Source of the DNA: Vicinamibacteria bacterium
GTDB taxonomy: Bacteria > Acidobacteriota > Vicinamibacteria > Marinacidobacterales > Marinacidobacteraceae
Assembly (NCBI GenBank): GCA_963555995.3
Contig: OY821641.1
Span: 1,024,001 to 1,088,000, forward strand
Reading direction: 5' to 3'
DNA: 64,000 nt
This document shows, one piece after another, positions 40,110 to 54,800 of this stretch. A program made the position numbers and the translations under genes. The number at the start of each line of letters is the position of its first letter. Within the stretch, counting starts at the first letter, position 1. A model generated the notes under the pieces. The model saw only the letters and a list, made by a program, of their open reading frames with translations. It was not told the DNA's origin and made no database searches.

Positions 40110-40508
40110 ATGCCTGACCTCAACTACCTCGCCATCCTCGCTGCCGCCATCGTCCCCCTGATCGTGGGCGCCCTCTGGTACGGGCCCCTCTTCGGGAAGC
40201 GCTGGCTCGCGCTCATGGAGACCACCGAGGAAGCGATCGCCAAGGATTTCAATCCCCTGAAGACCTACGGCGGCTCCTTCCTGCTCGCCATCGCCTCGGC
40301 CTTCGGACTCGCGGTGCTGCTCGACGGGTTCAGCGGCCCGCTCCACGGCCTCCACGCCGCGCTGGTGGCGACCATCGCCTTCGTGATCCCGGTGACGCAC
40401 CAGTCGGTGGCGTTCGAGAAGCGCAAGTCCGGCCTCGCCGTGCTGAACGTCGCCTACAACCTCACGGCGCTCCTCGGCCAGGCGGTTCTGCTGTCCGTCT
40501 GGAAGTGA
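40110..40508 (+). CDS. DUF1761 membrane protein
   Basis: NYLAIL...GALWYGPLFGKRW. Confidence 0.85.
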   Translation: MPDLNYLAILAAAIVPLIVGALWYGPLFGKRWLALMETTEEAIAKDFNPLKTYGGSFLLAIASAFGLAVLLDGFSGPLHGLHAALVATIAFVIPVTHQSVAFEKRKSGLAVLNVAYNLTALLGQAVLLSVWK

Positions 40509-40552
40509 AGGGAGCGGTTTCCGTCGCCGGAACCACGGGGTAAACTCACCTC

Positions 40553-40750
40553 ATGGCGATCATGATGTCTGAGGTCTATGACGCGCTGGTTGATGCTGGC
40601 GCGAGCGAGACGAAGGCGCGCGCCGCCGCCGAACAGGTCGCCAGCCACAACAACCGGCTCCTTCGCCTCGAGGTCATGAGCGCGCTGACGCTGACGCTGG
40701 TGGTGGCCATCTTCGTGATGGTCATCAACCTGTCCGTCGGGCCGAACTGA
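40553..40750 (+). CDS. Small coiled-coil plus C-terminal TM hypothetical protein
   Basis: EVYDALVDAGASETKARAAAE; TAAACT -10 six nt upstream. Confidence 0.6.
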   Translation: MAIMMSEVYDALVDAGASETKARAAAEQVASHNNRLLRLEVMSALTLTLVVAIFVMVINLSVGPN

Positions 40751-40795
40751 CCCCCCGGCCCTGACGGACCGCAAATCCCCGCGGGAGCACGTTTC

Positions 40796-43081
40796 CTACC
40801 GGCCGCCCGCGCCGTCGCCCGCGAGCGAGACCGGCTCGACGCTGCTGACGAAGAGCACGTCGTTCGCCGCCCGGTAGCGGCGGAGTTCCGCCCCGGCGCC
40901 GGCTTCCCGTAACGTCCCCGCCGGGATTCCGGCGATCACCAGGTCGGCCCGCGAGGAGCGCTGCGAGACCTCGCGTTCGAGGTCCTCGTCGCTCTGGTAG
41001 CCGATCGTCGTCCGGTTCTGTTCCGAGATGGGTAGGCGCTCCTCGGACACCAGCCTCGCCAGGTCGTGGGTCTGGTGCTCGCTGGAGCCGAGATCACGGC
41101 ATTCGAAGACCTCGATTTCCGCCCGCTTCCATTCCGGATGTCCCACGATGATGTAGGCGAGCAGCAGCATCAGGGGCGCGCTGTCGAAGTTGTCTTCGGT
41201 CAGCCAGAGGTGGATGGACGAGCGATAGCCGAAGCGGTGCCGGGTGGAACGCAGGACCAGGGCGTTGAATCCGGCATCCACCGCCGTCCGGGCGCCCTCC
41301 GCGGTTTCGGGGATTTCGTCCTCGCGCGAGCTGGCGAACTCCAGCAGCAGGCAGTTGTTGGGGAGCCCCGAGATCCCCGGCATCTGGAGCGTCTGGGTGA
41401 GCGCCAGCGGGAACGACGGGCTGATGAGCGAGTCCACATAGACGCCGGCGCCGCTGATCTCCGTCTGCCCGATCAGGCTGCGCACCTCGGTCCGCGCCCG
41501 CCGCGCGGTCTCGCGCGAATAGTCCCCCTCGAAGTAGTGGACGAAATGGCCGAAGCCGTGGTGGTGGCTGATCCAGCGCAGGAGATCGAAGTGGCCGAGC
41601 CGTTCCCCGTGCCGGGTGACCGCGACCACGGACGGCCGCCAGCCCCCGGGGGAACGCTCCACGAGATTCTGCTGGAGAGTGATCTTCAGCCGGCGGGTGA
41701 GCTGGAACATGGTCCCCTGGAAGATCGCCGCCAGGTCCCGCTCGCCGCGCCGTGACCGGCTCAGCCCCACGTAGATGAGCCCCATCAGGAAGAACGAGAC
41801 GAGCGCATAGAAGACGTCCATCCGCAGCATCAGGACGGTGCACATGAGCGCCCCGAGGAGCGACACGTACCAGCGGGTGCGGAAGGTCGGGCGATAGGAC
41901 GGATTGCCGGCGAAGTACTCCAGGAAGGAAACCGTGCAGAGCGCGCCGTAGGTCACCAGGAAGAACATGGTGAGGATCTGGGCGATGAAGTCCACGTCGC
42001 CGATCACCACGAAGAAGATCGCGATCGCACCGGACACCGCGGCGGCCCAACGCGGTTCTCCGGCGGCGCCGAATCCTCTGGCGAGGAGGCGGTTCACGGC
42101 CGGGAAGGGCACGACGTCGTCCTGGGCGAGGGCCTGGAGGGTGCGGGGCGCGACCAGGATCGAGCCGAGCGCCGAGGAGAGCGTGGCGGCGGCCAGCCCG
42201 ATATAGACCGACGGGCCCCAGACCGCGATCCGCGCCATGATGAACTGATCGGCGTGGAGTTCCTCCGGGTTGACGCTGACCGCCAGCTTGATGGCGATCA
42301 GGATGTAGATCGCCATCCCGGCGAAGGTCGCGGCGATCGTCCCCAGCGGGATGCTCCGGCGCGGGTTCTTCAGGTCGCCCGAAAGGCCGAGCCCGGCGAT
42401 CATTCCGGTGAATGCCGGAAAGATGATGGCGAAGACCACCGCGAAGCTGTGGGGACTGGAGTTCGTTGCGGTCAGGCTGAACGCTTCCGGCCGGATCGCC
42501 TCCGGAGCCGATCCGAACAGCACGGAGGCGATGGAGCCGCCCAGGATCACGCAGACCACCCACAGCACCCGGACTCCGAGCGCCGCGCCCTTGGTCAGCA
42601 CGAGGACGAGCAGGGCCGCCGTGGCGGGGAGGCTCACGAACCGCGGGTCCACCGCGACGTTCCAGGCGCCTCCGATCCACGCGTAAACGGGGCCGAAGGC
42701 CTCGGCGAAGGCGACGGTGTAAAAGGCCACCGAGATGGCCTGGGACAGGTAGAGGGTGATCCCGATCACCCCCCCGATCCGGGTGCCGAAGGAACGGCTG
42801 ATGATGTAGTAGGCGCCCCCGCCGGCCACCCGGCGGTTCGTGGCGATCTCGGACACCGCGAGCACGGTGGGGATGGTGACGAGATGGGCGATGGCGATGA
42901 TCAGCAGGGTGCCCAGCAGCCCGACGTCCGAGACGGCGTAGCCGAACCGCAGGAAGAGGATCGCCCCGAGGATGGTGCTGATCGAGGCCAGGAAGACCGG
43001 AGCGGTGCCGAAACCGTGCCCGGTCGTCGTTCTGCCGGGGGGCGGGTTCTGGCGGTCGTTCACTGGATGGAATTCCAACAC
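40796..43081 (-). CDS. Cation-chloride cotransporter (SLC12/CCC-like amino acid permease)
   Basis: GAILFLR, GGGAYYIISRSFG, IFPAFTGMIAG..LSGDLK, large cytoplasmic C-terminal domain. Confidence 0.85.
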   Translation of the reverse strand: MLEFHPVNDRQNPPPGRTTTGHGFGTAPVFLASISTILGAILFLRFGYAVSDVGLLGTLLIIAIAHLVTIPTVLAVSEIATNRRVAGGGAYYIISRSFGTRIGGVIGITLYLSQAISVAFYTVAFAEAFGPVYAWIGGAWNVAVDPRFVSLPATAALLVLVLTKGAALGVRVLWVVCVILGGSIASVLFGSAPEAIRPEAFSLTATNSSPHSFAVVFAIIFPAFTGMIAGLGLSGDLKNPRRSIPLGTIAATFAGMAIYILIAIKLAVSVNPEELHADQFIMARIAVWGPSVYIGLAAATLSSALGSILVAPRTLQALAQDDVVPFPAVNRLLARGFGAAGEPRWAAAVSGAIAIFFVVIGDVDFIAQILTMFFLVTYGALCTVSFLEYFAGNPSYRPTFRTRWYVSLLGALMCTVLMLRMDVFYALVSFFLMGLIYVGLSRSRRGERDLAAIFQGTMFQLTRRLKITLQQNLVERSPGGWRPSVVAVTRHGERLGHFDLLRWISHHHGFGHFVHYFEGDYSRETARRARTEVRSLIGQTEISGAGVYVDSLISPSFPLALTQTLQMPGISGLPNNCLLLEFASSREDEIPETAEGARTAVDAGFNALVLRSTRHRFGYRSSIHLWLTEDNFDSAPLMLLLAYIIVGHPEWKRAEIEVFECRDLGSSEHQTHDLARLVSEERLPISEQNRTTIGYQSDEDLEREVSQRSSRADLVIAGIPAGTLREAGAGAELRRYRAANDVLFVSSVEPVSLAGDGAGGR

Positions 43082-43150
43082 GTTCGCGGGGAGCGGTGAC
43101 GGATCCCGCCGGATCGAGCGCCCACCGCGCTCAGCGCCGAGCCGGAACGG

Positions 43151-44545
43151 CTACCTCCCTCCGTCCGATCCGCCGCCCTTCTCGGATGCGTAGTACTCGT
43201 TGGTCTTCTTCGCGACCACCCCGCCCAGGAACAGGAGCCCGATCAGGTTGGGGAAGGCCATGAACCCGTTGAGCAGGGTGCCCACGTTCCAGACCGTCTC
43301 CACGGTCACCAGACCGCCGATCAGGAGCAGGGCCACGTAGATGATCCGGTAGGGGAAGATGCCCTTCCGCCCGAACATGTACTCCCAGCAGGTCTCGCCG
43401 TAGTAGTACCAGCCGATGATCGTCGAGAAGCCGAACAGGAAGGACGAGATCGCGATCACCAGCGGGGCGACGCCGATCGAGGTGGAGAAGGCCGCCGCGG
43501 TGAGGTCGCCGCTCGCTGCCTGATACTCCGCCGCCTGCCACATTCCGGACGAGAGGACCGCGAACGCGGTCATGCTGCACACCACGATGGTGTCAATGAA
43601 CACCTCGAAGACGCCCACGAGGCCCTGATCGGCCGGGTGCTTCACCTGTGCGATCCCGTGGGCGATCGGGGCGCTTCCCAGACCGGCTTCGTTGGACAGC
43701 ACCCCGCGGCTGATGCCGGCCGCGATCGCCTGGCGGACCGTGACGCCGAGGAATCCGCCGGCCGCCGCGTGCGGCTGCAAGGCGTACTCGAAGATGGTCG
43801 CGAAGACGCCCGGCAGCGCCGTGATGTTCATCAGCAGATACGTGAGGGACATTCCCAGGTAGAGGACGAGCATCGTGGGAACGAGCTTTTCCGCCACCGA
43901 AGCGATCCGGTGGATGCCGCCGAGCAGGACGGCGCCCACCGCCACCGTAATGAGGAGCCCCGGAACCCAGGGAGAGACTTCCAACCCGAAGCCGGCGGCG
44001 GCTTCGACGAAGGTCCGGACGATCGTGTTCGACTGGGCCATGTTGCCCGTCCCGAGGAGCGCGGTGGCGGCCCCGAAGACGCAGAACATCATCGCGAGCA
44101 CCTTCGCGATCCGGGGCGACTTGACGCCCGCCATGATGTAGTACATCGGGCCGCTGGCGAACGCGCCCGACTCCTTCTTCACCCGGTAGGTGACGCCGAG
44201 CACCGCCTCCGCGTACTTGGTGGCCATCCCGAAGACGGCGGTGACCCACATCCAGAAGATGGCGCCCGGCCCTCCCACGAGGATCGCGGTCGCCACGCCG
44301 CCGATGTTCCCGTTCCCCACGGTGGAGGCGAGCGCGGTGGACAGCGCCTGGAAGGGGGTGATCTCGCCCTCGCCCTCCTGGTCGTGGGACATGCCGCGCA
44401 CCACCCGCTTGACCCCGCCGACGAAGCCGCGGACCTGGACGAAGCCGGTGCGGATGGTCAGGTAGAGCCCGCAGGTCACGAGCAGGAGGGGCAGGGCGTA
44501 CCACTGGTAGATGGCGTTCGACGCCCAGGCAATGAATTCGCTCAT
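43151..44545 (-). CDS. Sodium:alanine/glycine symporter (AGCS family)
   Basis: VGNGNIGGVA, GGPGAIFWMW, SNEAGLGSAPIAH, FIDTIVVC. Confidence 0.92.
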   Translation of the reverse strand: MSEFIAWASNAIYQWYALPLLLVTCGLYLTIRTGFVQVRGFVGGVKRVVRGMSHDQEGEGEITPFQALSTALASTVGNGNIGGVATAILVGGPGAIFWMWVTAVFGMATKYAEAVLGVTYRVKKESGAFASGPMYYIMAGVKSPRIAKVLAMMFCVFGAATALLGTGNMAQSNTIVRTFVEAAAGFGLEVSPWVPGLLITVAVGAVLLGGIHRIASVAEKLVPTMLVLYLGMSLTYLLMNITALPGVFATIFEYALQPHAAAGGFLGVTVRQAIAAGISRGVLSNEAGLGSAPIAHGIAQVKHPADQGLVGVFEVFIDTIVVCSMTAFAVLSSGMWQAAEYQAASGDLTAAAFSTSIGVAPLVIAISSFLFGFSTIIGWYYYGETCWEYMFGRKGIFPYRIIYVALLLIGGLVTVETVWNVGTLLNGFMAFPNLIGLLFLGGVVAKKTNEYYASEKGGGSDGGR

Positions 44546-44572
44546 GGTGTTTCCTTCAAGAAGAGGACGCGA

Positions 44573-45925
<1,353 letters not shown>

Positions 45926-45948
45926 GTTCTATTCCTTTCCTGTTCAGG

Positions 45949-46785
45949 TCAGTTGCCCAGCGGCACGATCTCGCCGCTCCCGGACACCCGAAAGACAGTC
46001 CGTGCGTGGGCGTCAGCGACCAGGAGATCGCCGTCGGCAGTGACCGCAATGCCCTGGGGACTGACGAGTGGCTCGCCGCGGGCGTGCACCGAGACCCGCC
46101 CTTCCGGGCTGATCTTCCAGATGCAGCGGGCGTAGCCGTCGGTCACGAAGAATCCTCCGTCGGGGGCCCGCGCGAAGTCGTGGGGGAACTCGAACGGCGG
46201 TGACTGCACGAGTGGCTCCCCGTCGCCGCCGTCCATCCGCAGCACGTTGCGGTCGGTGAGCACGTGGAGGGCCCCGTCGCTCTCGGCCAGGATGGCCCGC
46301 GGTGCGCGGACCGTGGCGACCTCCTCGATGGAGTCCGGCCGCACCCGGCGCAGCCGCTGCGTTACCCGGTCCACCGCCAGGATGTCCCCCGAGGGAGCGA
46401 CGGCGATCCCCCAGGGGGTCACGAACCCGGCGTCGTCGGGGATGGCGGTGATCTCTCCCGACGCCGTGATCCGATAGAGCGCCATCGTCGCGGGATCGCT
46501 GGCCAGGACGGTTCCGTCCCCGGTGGGAGCGATGTGCCGGATGCCGAAGAGCGGCGTCCTGGGCAGCCCCTCGCCCCTCGCCACCACCTCGAACCCGCTG
46601 CCGCTCCAGCGCAGCAGCGCCGCCGCCTCGATGTCGGCGACGTAGATCTCTCCGCCGGGCCCGACCGCAACGTCCACCGGGTAGCGGAGGTCTTCGGCGG
46701 GGGCCGCGGTCCCGAGAAGAAGCCCGAATGCCAGCGGGGTCAGCAGGTTTCCGACCCTGATCCAGACACCTGGAAGGAGTTGCAA
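45949..46785 (-). CDS. Secreted NHL-repeat beta-propeller protein
   Basis: Repeats [27 protein letters not shown]. Confidence 0.75.
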   Translation of the reverse strand: MQLLPGVWIRVGNLLTPLAFGLLLGTAAPAEDLRYPVDVAVGPGGEIYVADIEAAALLRWSGSGFEVVARGEGLPRTPLFGIRHIAPTGDGTVLASDPATMALYRITASGEITAIPDDAGFVTPWGIAVAPSGDILAVDRVTQRLRRVRPDSIEEVATVRAPRAILAESDGALHVLTDRNVLRMDGGDGEPLVQSPPFEFPHDFARAPDGGFFVTDGYARCIWKISPEGRVSVHARGEPLVSPQGIAVTADGDLLVADAHARTVFRVSGSGEIVPLGN

Positions 46786-47075
46786 GAGAAGATTCTGGCC
46801 GCGCGCCGGGGTGCGAGTCTAACAGCCTCGGGCAGGGCCGCTTTGGTAAAATTGCCGCCTTCCGGCAGCGCGCAAAAGCGGGTTCGGAGCGGGTTCTCCG
46901 GCCCCGCGGCGAGGAGTTCCCGCCTGTCCTTCCGCCGACAGGCGGCTGCGCCAGCCGGCCGCTCCGGCCGCAAGGCTCCGGAGCAGCGCCTACTCGCGGT
47001 GTCCGCCTGACGCCGGCCCCCGCGTACCCGGCCAGAAGCCGCGACCGGCCCTTTCCCCGACTGGAGATCCTGCCC

Positions 47076-49118
<2,043 letters not shown>

Positions 49119-49134
49119 GACCGCGCGACGGCTG

Positions 49135-49155
49135 GGAACGCCGGCTTCAGCCGGC
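49135..49155. repeat. REP-like palindrome
   Basis: GGAACGCCGGCTTCAGCCGGC between convergent hppA and djlA. Confidence 0.75.
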
Positions 49156-49223
49156 ACCCGCTGCGCTCAGTGCAGCGGCAGGCCCCCTCATCCGCGTGGT
49201 CGCGGGCGACAGCTGTCGCCGCG

Positions 49224-50036
49224 CTACGCCGCGCGCCGCGCTTCCCGGATCGTCTGGTAGGCCTTCTGGATCTCCTGGGTGCGACGGGTGGCCTCGTCCT
49301 TCATCTCCTCGGGCAACCCCTGCGCCGCCAGCCGGTCGGGGTGGTGCTGCCGCATGAGCCGGCGGTAGCTGGAGCGGATCTCGTCGTCGCTGGCGGACCG
49401 TTCCGCGCCGAGCACCCCGTAGGCCTCCTTGAGCTTCTCCTCCGGGGAGGGGCCCCGGGGCCGCATTCCCGCGGAGGCCACCCGCTCCATCTGGGCCATC
49501 TCGGCGCGCGAGAAGCCGAGGAACGCTCCGATGTGGTCGAGGATCCGGCGTTCCTCCGGATGGATGGCGCCGTCCGCCCAGGCCGCCTTGAACTGGATCT
49601 CCATGAACGCCCGGAGCAGGTTCCGGCGCCGCCCGGCCACCTGGACGAGCTGCGAGAGCGCGTCGTCGAGATTGAACCGCGGTGACTTGCCCTCGTTGAA
49701 GATGCGCGCCGCGAGGTTACGGTCCCGGGCGTCGAGCCCGAGCCCCGCCATCACCTCCCGCGCGAGCTGGGCTTCCTCCTCGCTGACGTGGCCGTCGGCC
49801 TTGGCGATGTGGCCCATGACCCCGAAAGTGGCTACGAAGAACGCCACCCGGCGCTGCTCGTGGTTGTTCCCGGCCGGCGGCGGGGGAGGGGGCGCACCCG
49901 GTCCCTGGCCCGGAACCGAATGCATCCGGGCCGAGCCCGACATGCTCGACCCGATGGCGGCGCCCAGCATCGCGCCGAGCGGACCACCCAAGGTCCATCC
50001 GAGCGTCCCGCCGATCAGCGTGCCCCAAAAACCCAT
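49224..50036 (-). CDS. djlA: Co-chaperone DjlA
   Basis: N-terminal Gly-rich TM, TerB-like AKADGHVS, J-domain HHPDRL. Confidence 0.9.
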   Translation of the reverse strand: MGFWGTLIGGTLGWTLGGPLGAMLGAAIGSSMSGSARMHSVPGQGPGAPPPPPPAGNNHEQRRVAFFVATFGVMGHIAKADGHVSEEEAQLAREVMAGLGLDARDRNLAARIFNEGKSPRFNLDDALSQLVQVAGRRRNLLRAFMEIQFKAAWADGAIHPEERRILDHIGAFLGFSRAEMAQMERVASAGMRPRGPSPEEKLKEAYGVLGAERSASDDEIRSSYRRLMRQHHPDRLAAQGLPEEMKDEATRRTQEIQKAYQTIREARRAA

Positions 50037-50339
50037 CTTGTTGGTCGATTCGCCGGAAGCCTGAGCGTGTCTGCGTGGTCCATCGGCGGGAATCCTAGAA
50101 CGATCCGGCCCTCACACCGGTATTCTTCCGCGCCGCCGCGCATGCCGCGCGGCCAGGAACCAGATGTCTACCTCGGGTCGCACGGCGCCAACCACGAATG
50201 GAAGGACCGACGGGGTGCGTCTTGCGGGCGCGGTGGCGAGCCCCTGATGCAGTCCCGGCGGCGCCAATCCACGCCTTGACCGGTCGGCAACTTCTACGCG
50301 ACACCCCAGGACACCTCGGAAAGAGATCGCAGGGCGGAC

Positions 50340-50879
50340 ATGACCATCAAGACGGGCAAGGAGACGCCCACCTCCCGAGAGTCGGCGGTTCTTCGCAAGG
50401 TCCGGATCATGCTGCTCGGGATCGTCGCCCTTGGCATCACCGGCACGAGCGTGGAGTTGACGCTGCTCGGACATTTCGAAGAGCCGGCCCAGAGCGTTCC
50501 CTTGATCGTGTTGTCGGGCTGCCTCGCTGTCATCATCTGGCACTTCCTGTCGCCGACCGCCACCAGCGTCCGGATGACGCGGGTGATGATGATGCTCTTG
50601 ATCGTGACCGCGATTGCCGGCATTGGCTACCACTTCCTGGGAAACCTGGAGTTCAAGCGGGAGTTGTACCCGGAGCTCGCAGGCATGGATCTCTTCGTGG
50701 AATCCGTGACGGGAGTGACGCCCGTGTTCGCCCCCGGTTCCATGCTGCTGCTGGGCTTCATCGGCTTGACGCATACGTTCCGGGACCCGTGCCTCACCCG
50801 GGATCGAGCACGAACGGAGGAGTCAGGCGTCCAGCAGCCGGCGGATGCCCGGTTCCCCCACGCTGGCGCCGGTAAGTAG
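50340..50879 (+). CDS. Four-TM hypothetical membrane protein with two His
   Basis: LLGHFEE...GIGYHF...PVFAPG; resembles one repeat of 19207..20055. Confidence 0.65.
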   Translation: MTIKTGKETPTSRESAVLRKVRIMLLGIVALGITGTSVELTLLGHFEEPAQSVPLIVLSGCLAVIIWHFLSPTATSVRMTRVMMMLLIVTAIAGIGYHFLGNLEFKRELYPELAGMDLFVESVTGVTPVFAPGSMLLLGFIGLTHTFRDPCLTRDRARTEESGVQQPADARFPHAGAGK

Positions 50880-51836
50880 GGCCACGCTGAGGCCGCGCTC
50901 TTCCCCCGGCACCATCCGGGCGGCGGCGGCCGCCAGCGCCCCCGACGGCTCGGTGACGATCTTCTGGCCCAGCAGCAGGTCCCGCGAGGTCGCGAGGGTG
51001 TCCTCGTCCGGGACCAGCACCGTCCGGTCCACGAGACCCGCGAGCGCCGGGTAGAGCTCCTCGGTCAGGTACGGCACGGCGGCCCCGTCACAGACCGTCT
51101 CGCACGGGGCCGACACCGCGCGTCCGGCCTCCAGGCTGTGGTGGAGCGCCGCACACCCGGCCGGCTCCACCGCGAAGATGCGGATGTCCGGACGCCGGTC
51201 CTTCAGCGCCCCGGCCACCCCGGTCAGCAGGCCGCCGCCGCCCACCGGGATGAAAACCGATGCGACATCCGGCGCCGCTTCCAGCAACTCGACGGCGAGG
51301 CTGGCGTGCCCCCGGTGGACCATGGGGCAGGTCCAGGGATGGACGAACAGGTAGGGCTCGTCCTCCCAGAGGTGTTCCTTCAGGAACCGGAACAGTTCGG
51401 GAACCGGGACGAGGCGCGGCGTCCCGCCGGCCGCCCGGAACCCCTCGATCTTCGCCGGCGGCGCGGTCTCCGGCAGCAGCGAGAACGCCGGGACCCCGCG
51501 CCGCCGGGCCGCCCAGGCGAGCGCCAGCGCCGTGTTCCCGGCGCTGACCGTGGAGAGGCCGGACGCCACGCGCTTGTCGCTCAGTTGGGAGACCGCGTCC
51601 CAGATGCCCCGCACCTTGAAGGAACCCGTCGGGAGCAGCGTGTCCGCCTTCAGGAGCAGGTCGTCCGCGAGTTCCGGCCCGGCGCGAAGGAGCGGACTCG
51701 GCGGGAACACCTGCCGGAGCCGGGCCGCCGCCGCCTCGGCGTCCGTCCAACCCGGAGCCGCGATCGTCTCTACCCCGCCGGCGGAGGCGTCACCCATCCC
51801 GTTTCCGGACGGAAGTGACTCGCAGGGCCCGGTCAT
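50823..51836 (-). CDS. PLP-dependent threonine/serine dehydratase family enzyme (start 51836 or 51797)
   Basis: TGSFKVRG, SAGNTA, PVGGGGL, EPSGA. Confidence 0.88.
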   Translation of the reverse strand: MTGPCESLPSGNGMGDASAGGVETIAAPGWTDAEAAAARLRQVFPPSPLLRAGPELADDLLLKADTLLPTGSFKVRGIWDAVSQLSDKRVASGLSTVSAGNTALALAWAARRRGVPAFSLLPETAPPAKIEGFRAAGGTPRLVPVPELFRFLKEHLWEDEPYLFVHPWTCPMVHRGHASLAVELLEAAPDVASVFIPVGGGGLLTGVAGALKDRRPDIRIFAVEPAGCAALHHSLEAGRAVSAPCETVCDGAAVPYLTEELYPALAGLVDRTVLVPDEDTLATSRDLLLGQKIVTEPSGALAAAAARMVPGEERGLSVALLTGASVGEPGIRRLLDA

Positions 51837-51899
51837 GAGCGCCGTTATTATGCGATCCGGCCGCTCGTCCCCGAGAGCGCTGCCCCCGGAGGAGACCCC

Positions 51900-54800
51900 A
51901 TGAGGAATCCGCTGACGAATCCGCTGACGAATCCGTTCATTCCGCCCGCCCCGGCGCGTTTGCCACGCCGCCTCGTTCCGATCGCTGCCTTGCTGCTGTT
52001 CGCCACCACCGCCGCCGCCCAGCAGGGCGGCCGCACCGACGATTCGGGCTGGGACACCACCCTCGCCCGGGGCGACGCCTACGACCTCGTGTTCGAGACC
52101 ACCGAGGGCACCTTCATGTCCCTCGACGTCTCGCCGGATGGCGCTTCCATCGTCTTCGACCTGCTCGGCCACGTCTACCGGGTGCCGATCACCGGCGGGC
52201 GGGCGGAATGCCTGACCCAGAACAGCGGGGTGGCGGTGAACTACCACCCGCGCTGGTCGCCCGACGGCGGGACCATCGCCTTTGTTTCGGACCGGGGCGG
52301 GCAGTCGAACCTCTGGCTCATGGACGCCGACGGCGGCAACCCGCGGGCGGTCCACCAGGACCCCGAGTCGCGGGTCGCCACCCCCGCCTGGCTCCCGAAC
52401 GGGCAGGGGATCGTGGCCCGCTGGAACACCCTCGGCCGGCCGCGCCGGTCGGGCCTCTACCTCTTCCACCCCGATGGCGGGAGCGGGGTGGAACTGGTGG
52501 ACGGCGCCGAGTACGGGCGGGCGAGCTGGCCGGCCCCGTCGGGCCACGGGACCCTCTATTTCCACTTCGCGCCCTCCTCCGAGCGCGACCTGGTCCGGGG
52601 CGCCATGCAGATCCGGGAACTCGACCTCGAGACCGGCAAGGTCTATGACGTGACCGAGGGGCAGTCGCAGCAGCAGTACCAGGGGTCGAGCGGCGGCGCG
52701 ATCGCGCCGGAGCCCTCCCCCGACGGACGCTGGCTTGCCTTCGCGCGCCGGATTCCCGGCGGCACGATCTCGTTCAAGGGCCACCGGTTCGGACCCCGCA
52801 CCGCGCTCTTCCTGCGCGACCTCCACACCGGCGCCGAGCGCCTGCTCGCCGACCCCATCGAGACCGACCTCGCCGAGGGGATGAAGACCGAGCGCGTCCT
52901 CCCCGGCTATTCCTGGAGCCCGGACAGCTCCGCCATCTACGTGCTGCGCGGGGGACGGATCGTCCGGGTGGACGCCGCCAGCGGCGCCACCGAGGAAGTC
53001 CCGTTCGTCGCCGAGGTGCGCCGCCGGGTCTCCGAGCAGGCTCGGGCGGAGTTCGACATCTCGGGGGACACCTTCCGGGCCCGGATGATTCGCTGGCCGG
53101 CGGTTTCGCCGGACGGTTCGGTGGCGGTCTTCCACGCCGCCGGGCGGCTCTACCGGATGACGCTGCCGGACGGCGCTCCCGAGCGGCTGATCGAGGGCGA
53201 CGATCCCGCCTACGAGCTGTCGCCCGCCTTTTCGCCGGACGGCGTCACCGTCGCCTACACCTCCTGGGACGACACGGACGGGCACCTCCTGACGGTGCCG
53301 GCCGGTGGCGGTGTCCCCACCCGCCTCACCGAGACCTCCTCGGAGTACATCCACCCGGTGTGGACGCCCGACGGGAGCGCCATCGTGGTGGCGCAGGGCA
53401 CCGGCGCCCCGGCGCGCGGCCGCTCCTGGTCGCAGAACCTCCGCTACGACCTGGTCAGCGTTCCCGCCGCCGGCGGCGAGGCGACCGTCATCACCAGGAC
53501 GCTCCGCCCCTTCAACGCGGGCCGGCCGCTGATGCCGCGCCGGCAGATCGTGGCGCCCTCCTTTGGGCCCGACGGCCGCCTCTTCTTCCCCGAGCAGGAC
53601 AGTTGGGAGCGCGGCGGCCAGCGCGAGGACGTGACCCGGCTGGTCTCGGTACAGCCCGACGGCTCGGACCGGCGGGTCCACCTGACCTTCCCCTTCGCCG
53701 ACGAGGCGGCTCCCTCCCCGGACGGGCGCTGGGTGGCGTTCTCCGAAGGCGACAACGTCTACGTCACCGCGCTCCCCTGGCCGGGGGCCGGCAAGGAGGC
53801 CCCCCACATCGAGCGCCGGAGGGCTTCGCTGCCGATCCGCACCGTCACCCAGGACGGCGGGATGTTCCCCCGCTGGACGCCGGACGGCCTGCTCTACCTC
53901 GGCAGCGGTCCGCGCATCACCACCTACGACCCCGACAGCGAGGAGACGACCCGCCACGAGATCACCCTCGACCTCCCCCGCCAGCGGGGGAAGGGCTCGG
54001 CGGTCCTGACCGGAGCCCGCATCGTGACCCTCGGCGACCAGGGGACCCTCGAGGAAGGCGTCGTCCGGATCGTGGACGGCCGGATCGCCTGCGTCGGGGA
54101 CTGCGCGGCGGCCGACGGGGACCGCGAGATCAATGTCTCCGGGAAGACGATCGTCCCGGGTTTCATCGACATGCACGCCCACCACCACCGGGACCACACC
54201 GGGGTGTTCCCGCGCCGCAACTGGGAGGCGGGTGTCTATCTCGCCTACGGGATGACCACCACCCTCGACAACTCGCAGTGGTCCCAGAACGTCTTCGCCG
54301 CCGCCGAACTGGTCGAGGCTGGCGAGATGGTCGGACCGCGCATGTACAGCACCGGCGATCCCATGTACAACGGCGACGGCTCGCGGCAGAACGACATCCG
54401 CAGCTACCAGGACGCCGAGAACAACATCGAACGGCTGACGTCGTGGGGCGCCACCGCGATCAAGTCCTACATGCAGCCCCGCCGCGACCAGCGGCAGTGG
54501 ATCGCCGACATCTCGCGCGAGCGGAAGCTGATGCTCACCGGCGAGGGCGGCAGCCTGGTCTACAACGTGGGGCTGATCCTCGACGGCCAGACCGCCTGGG
54601 AGCACCCGCTCACCTACATCCCGCTCTACGCGGACGCCGCCAAGTTCTTCGGGCGCACGAAGACCGTCTATTCGATCACCTTCGTGGTCGGCGGCCCTTC
54701 CGTCTGGAACGAGGAGTACTTCTGGCAGGAGACCGCGAACTGGGAGGACCCCAAGCAGCAGCGCTGGCTGCCGTGGCGGATGCTGATCCCGCATACGAGG

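Noticed and set aside
50040-50339. Possible ncRNA or RAYT fragment upstream of 50340
   Set aside because: No recognisable motif, HUH signature or conserved structure visible.
51905-51940. Phase-variable repeat at the amidohydrolase start
   Set aside because: The 12-bp unit is a multiple of 3 and has only about 3 copies, so slippage would not switch the frame.
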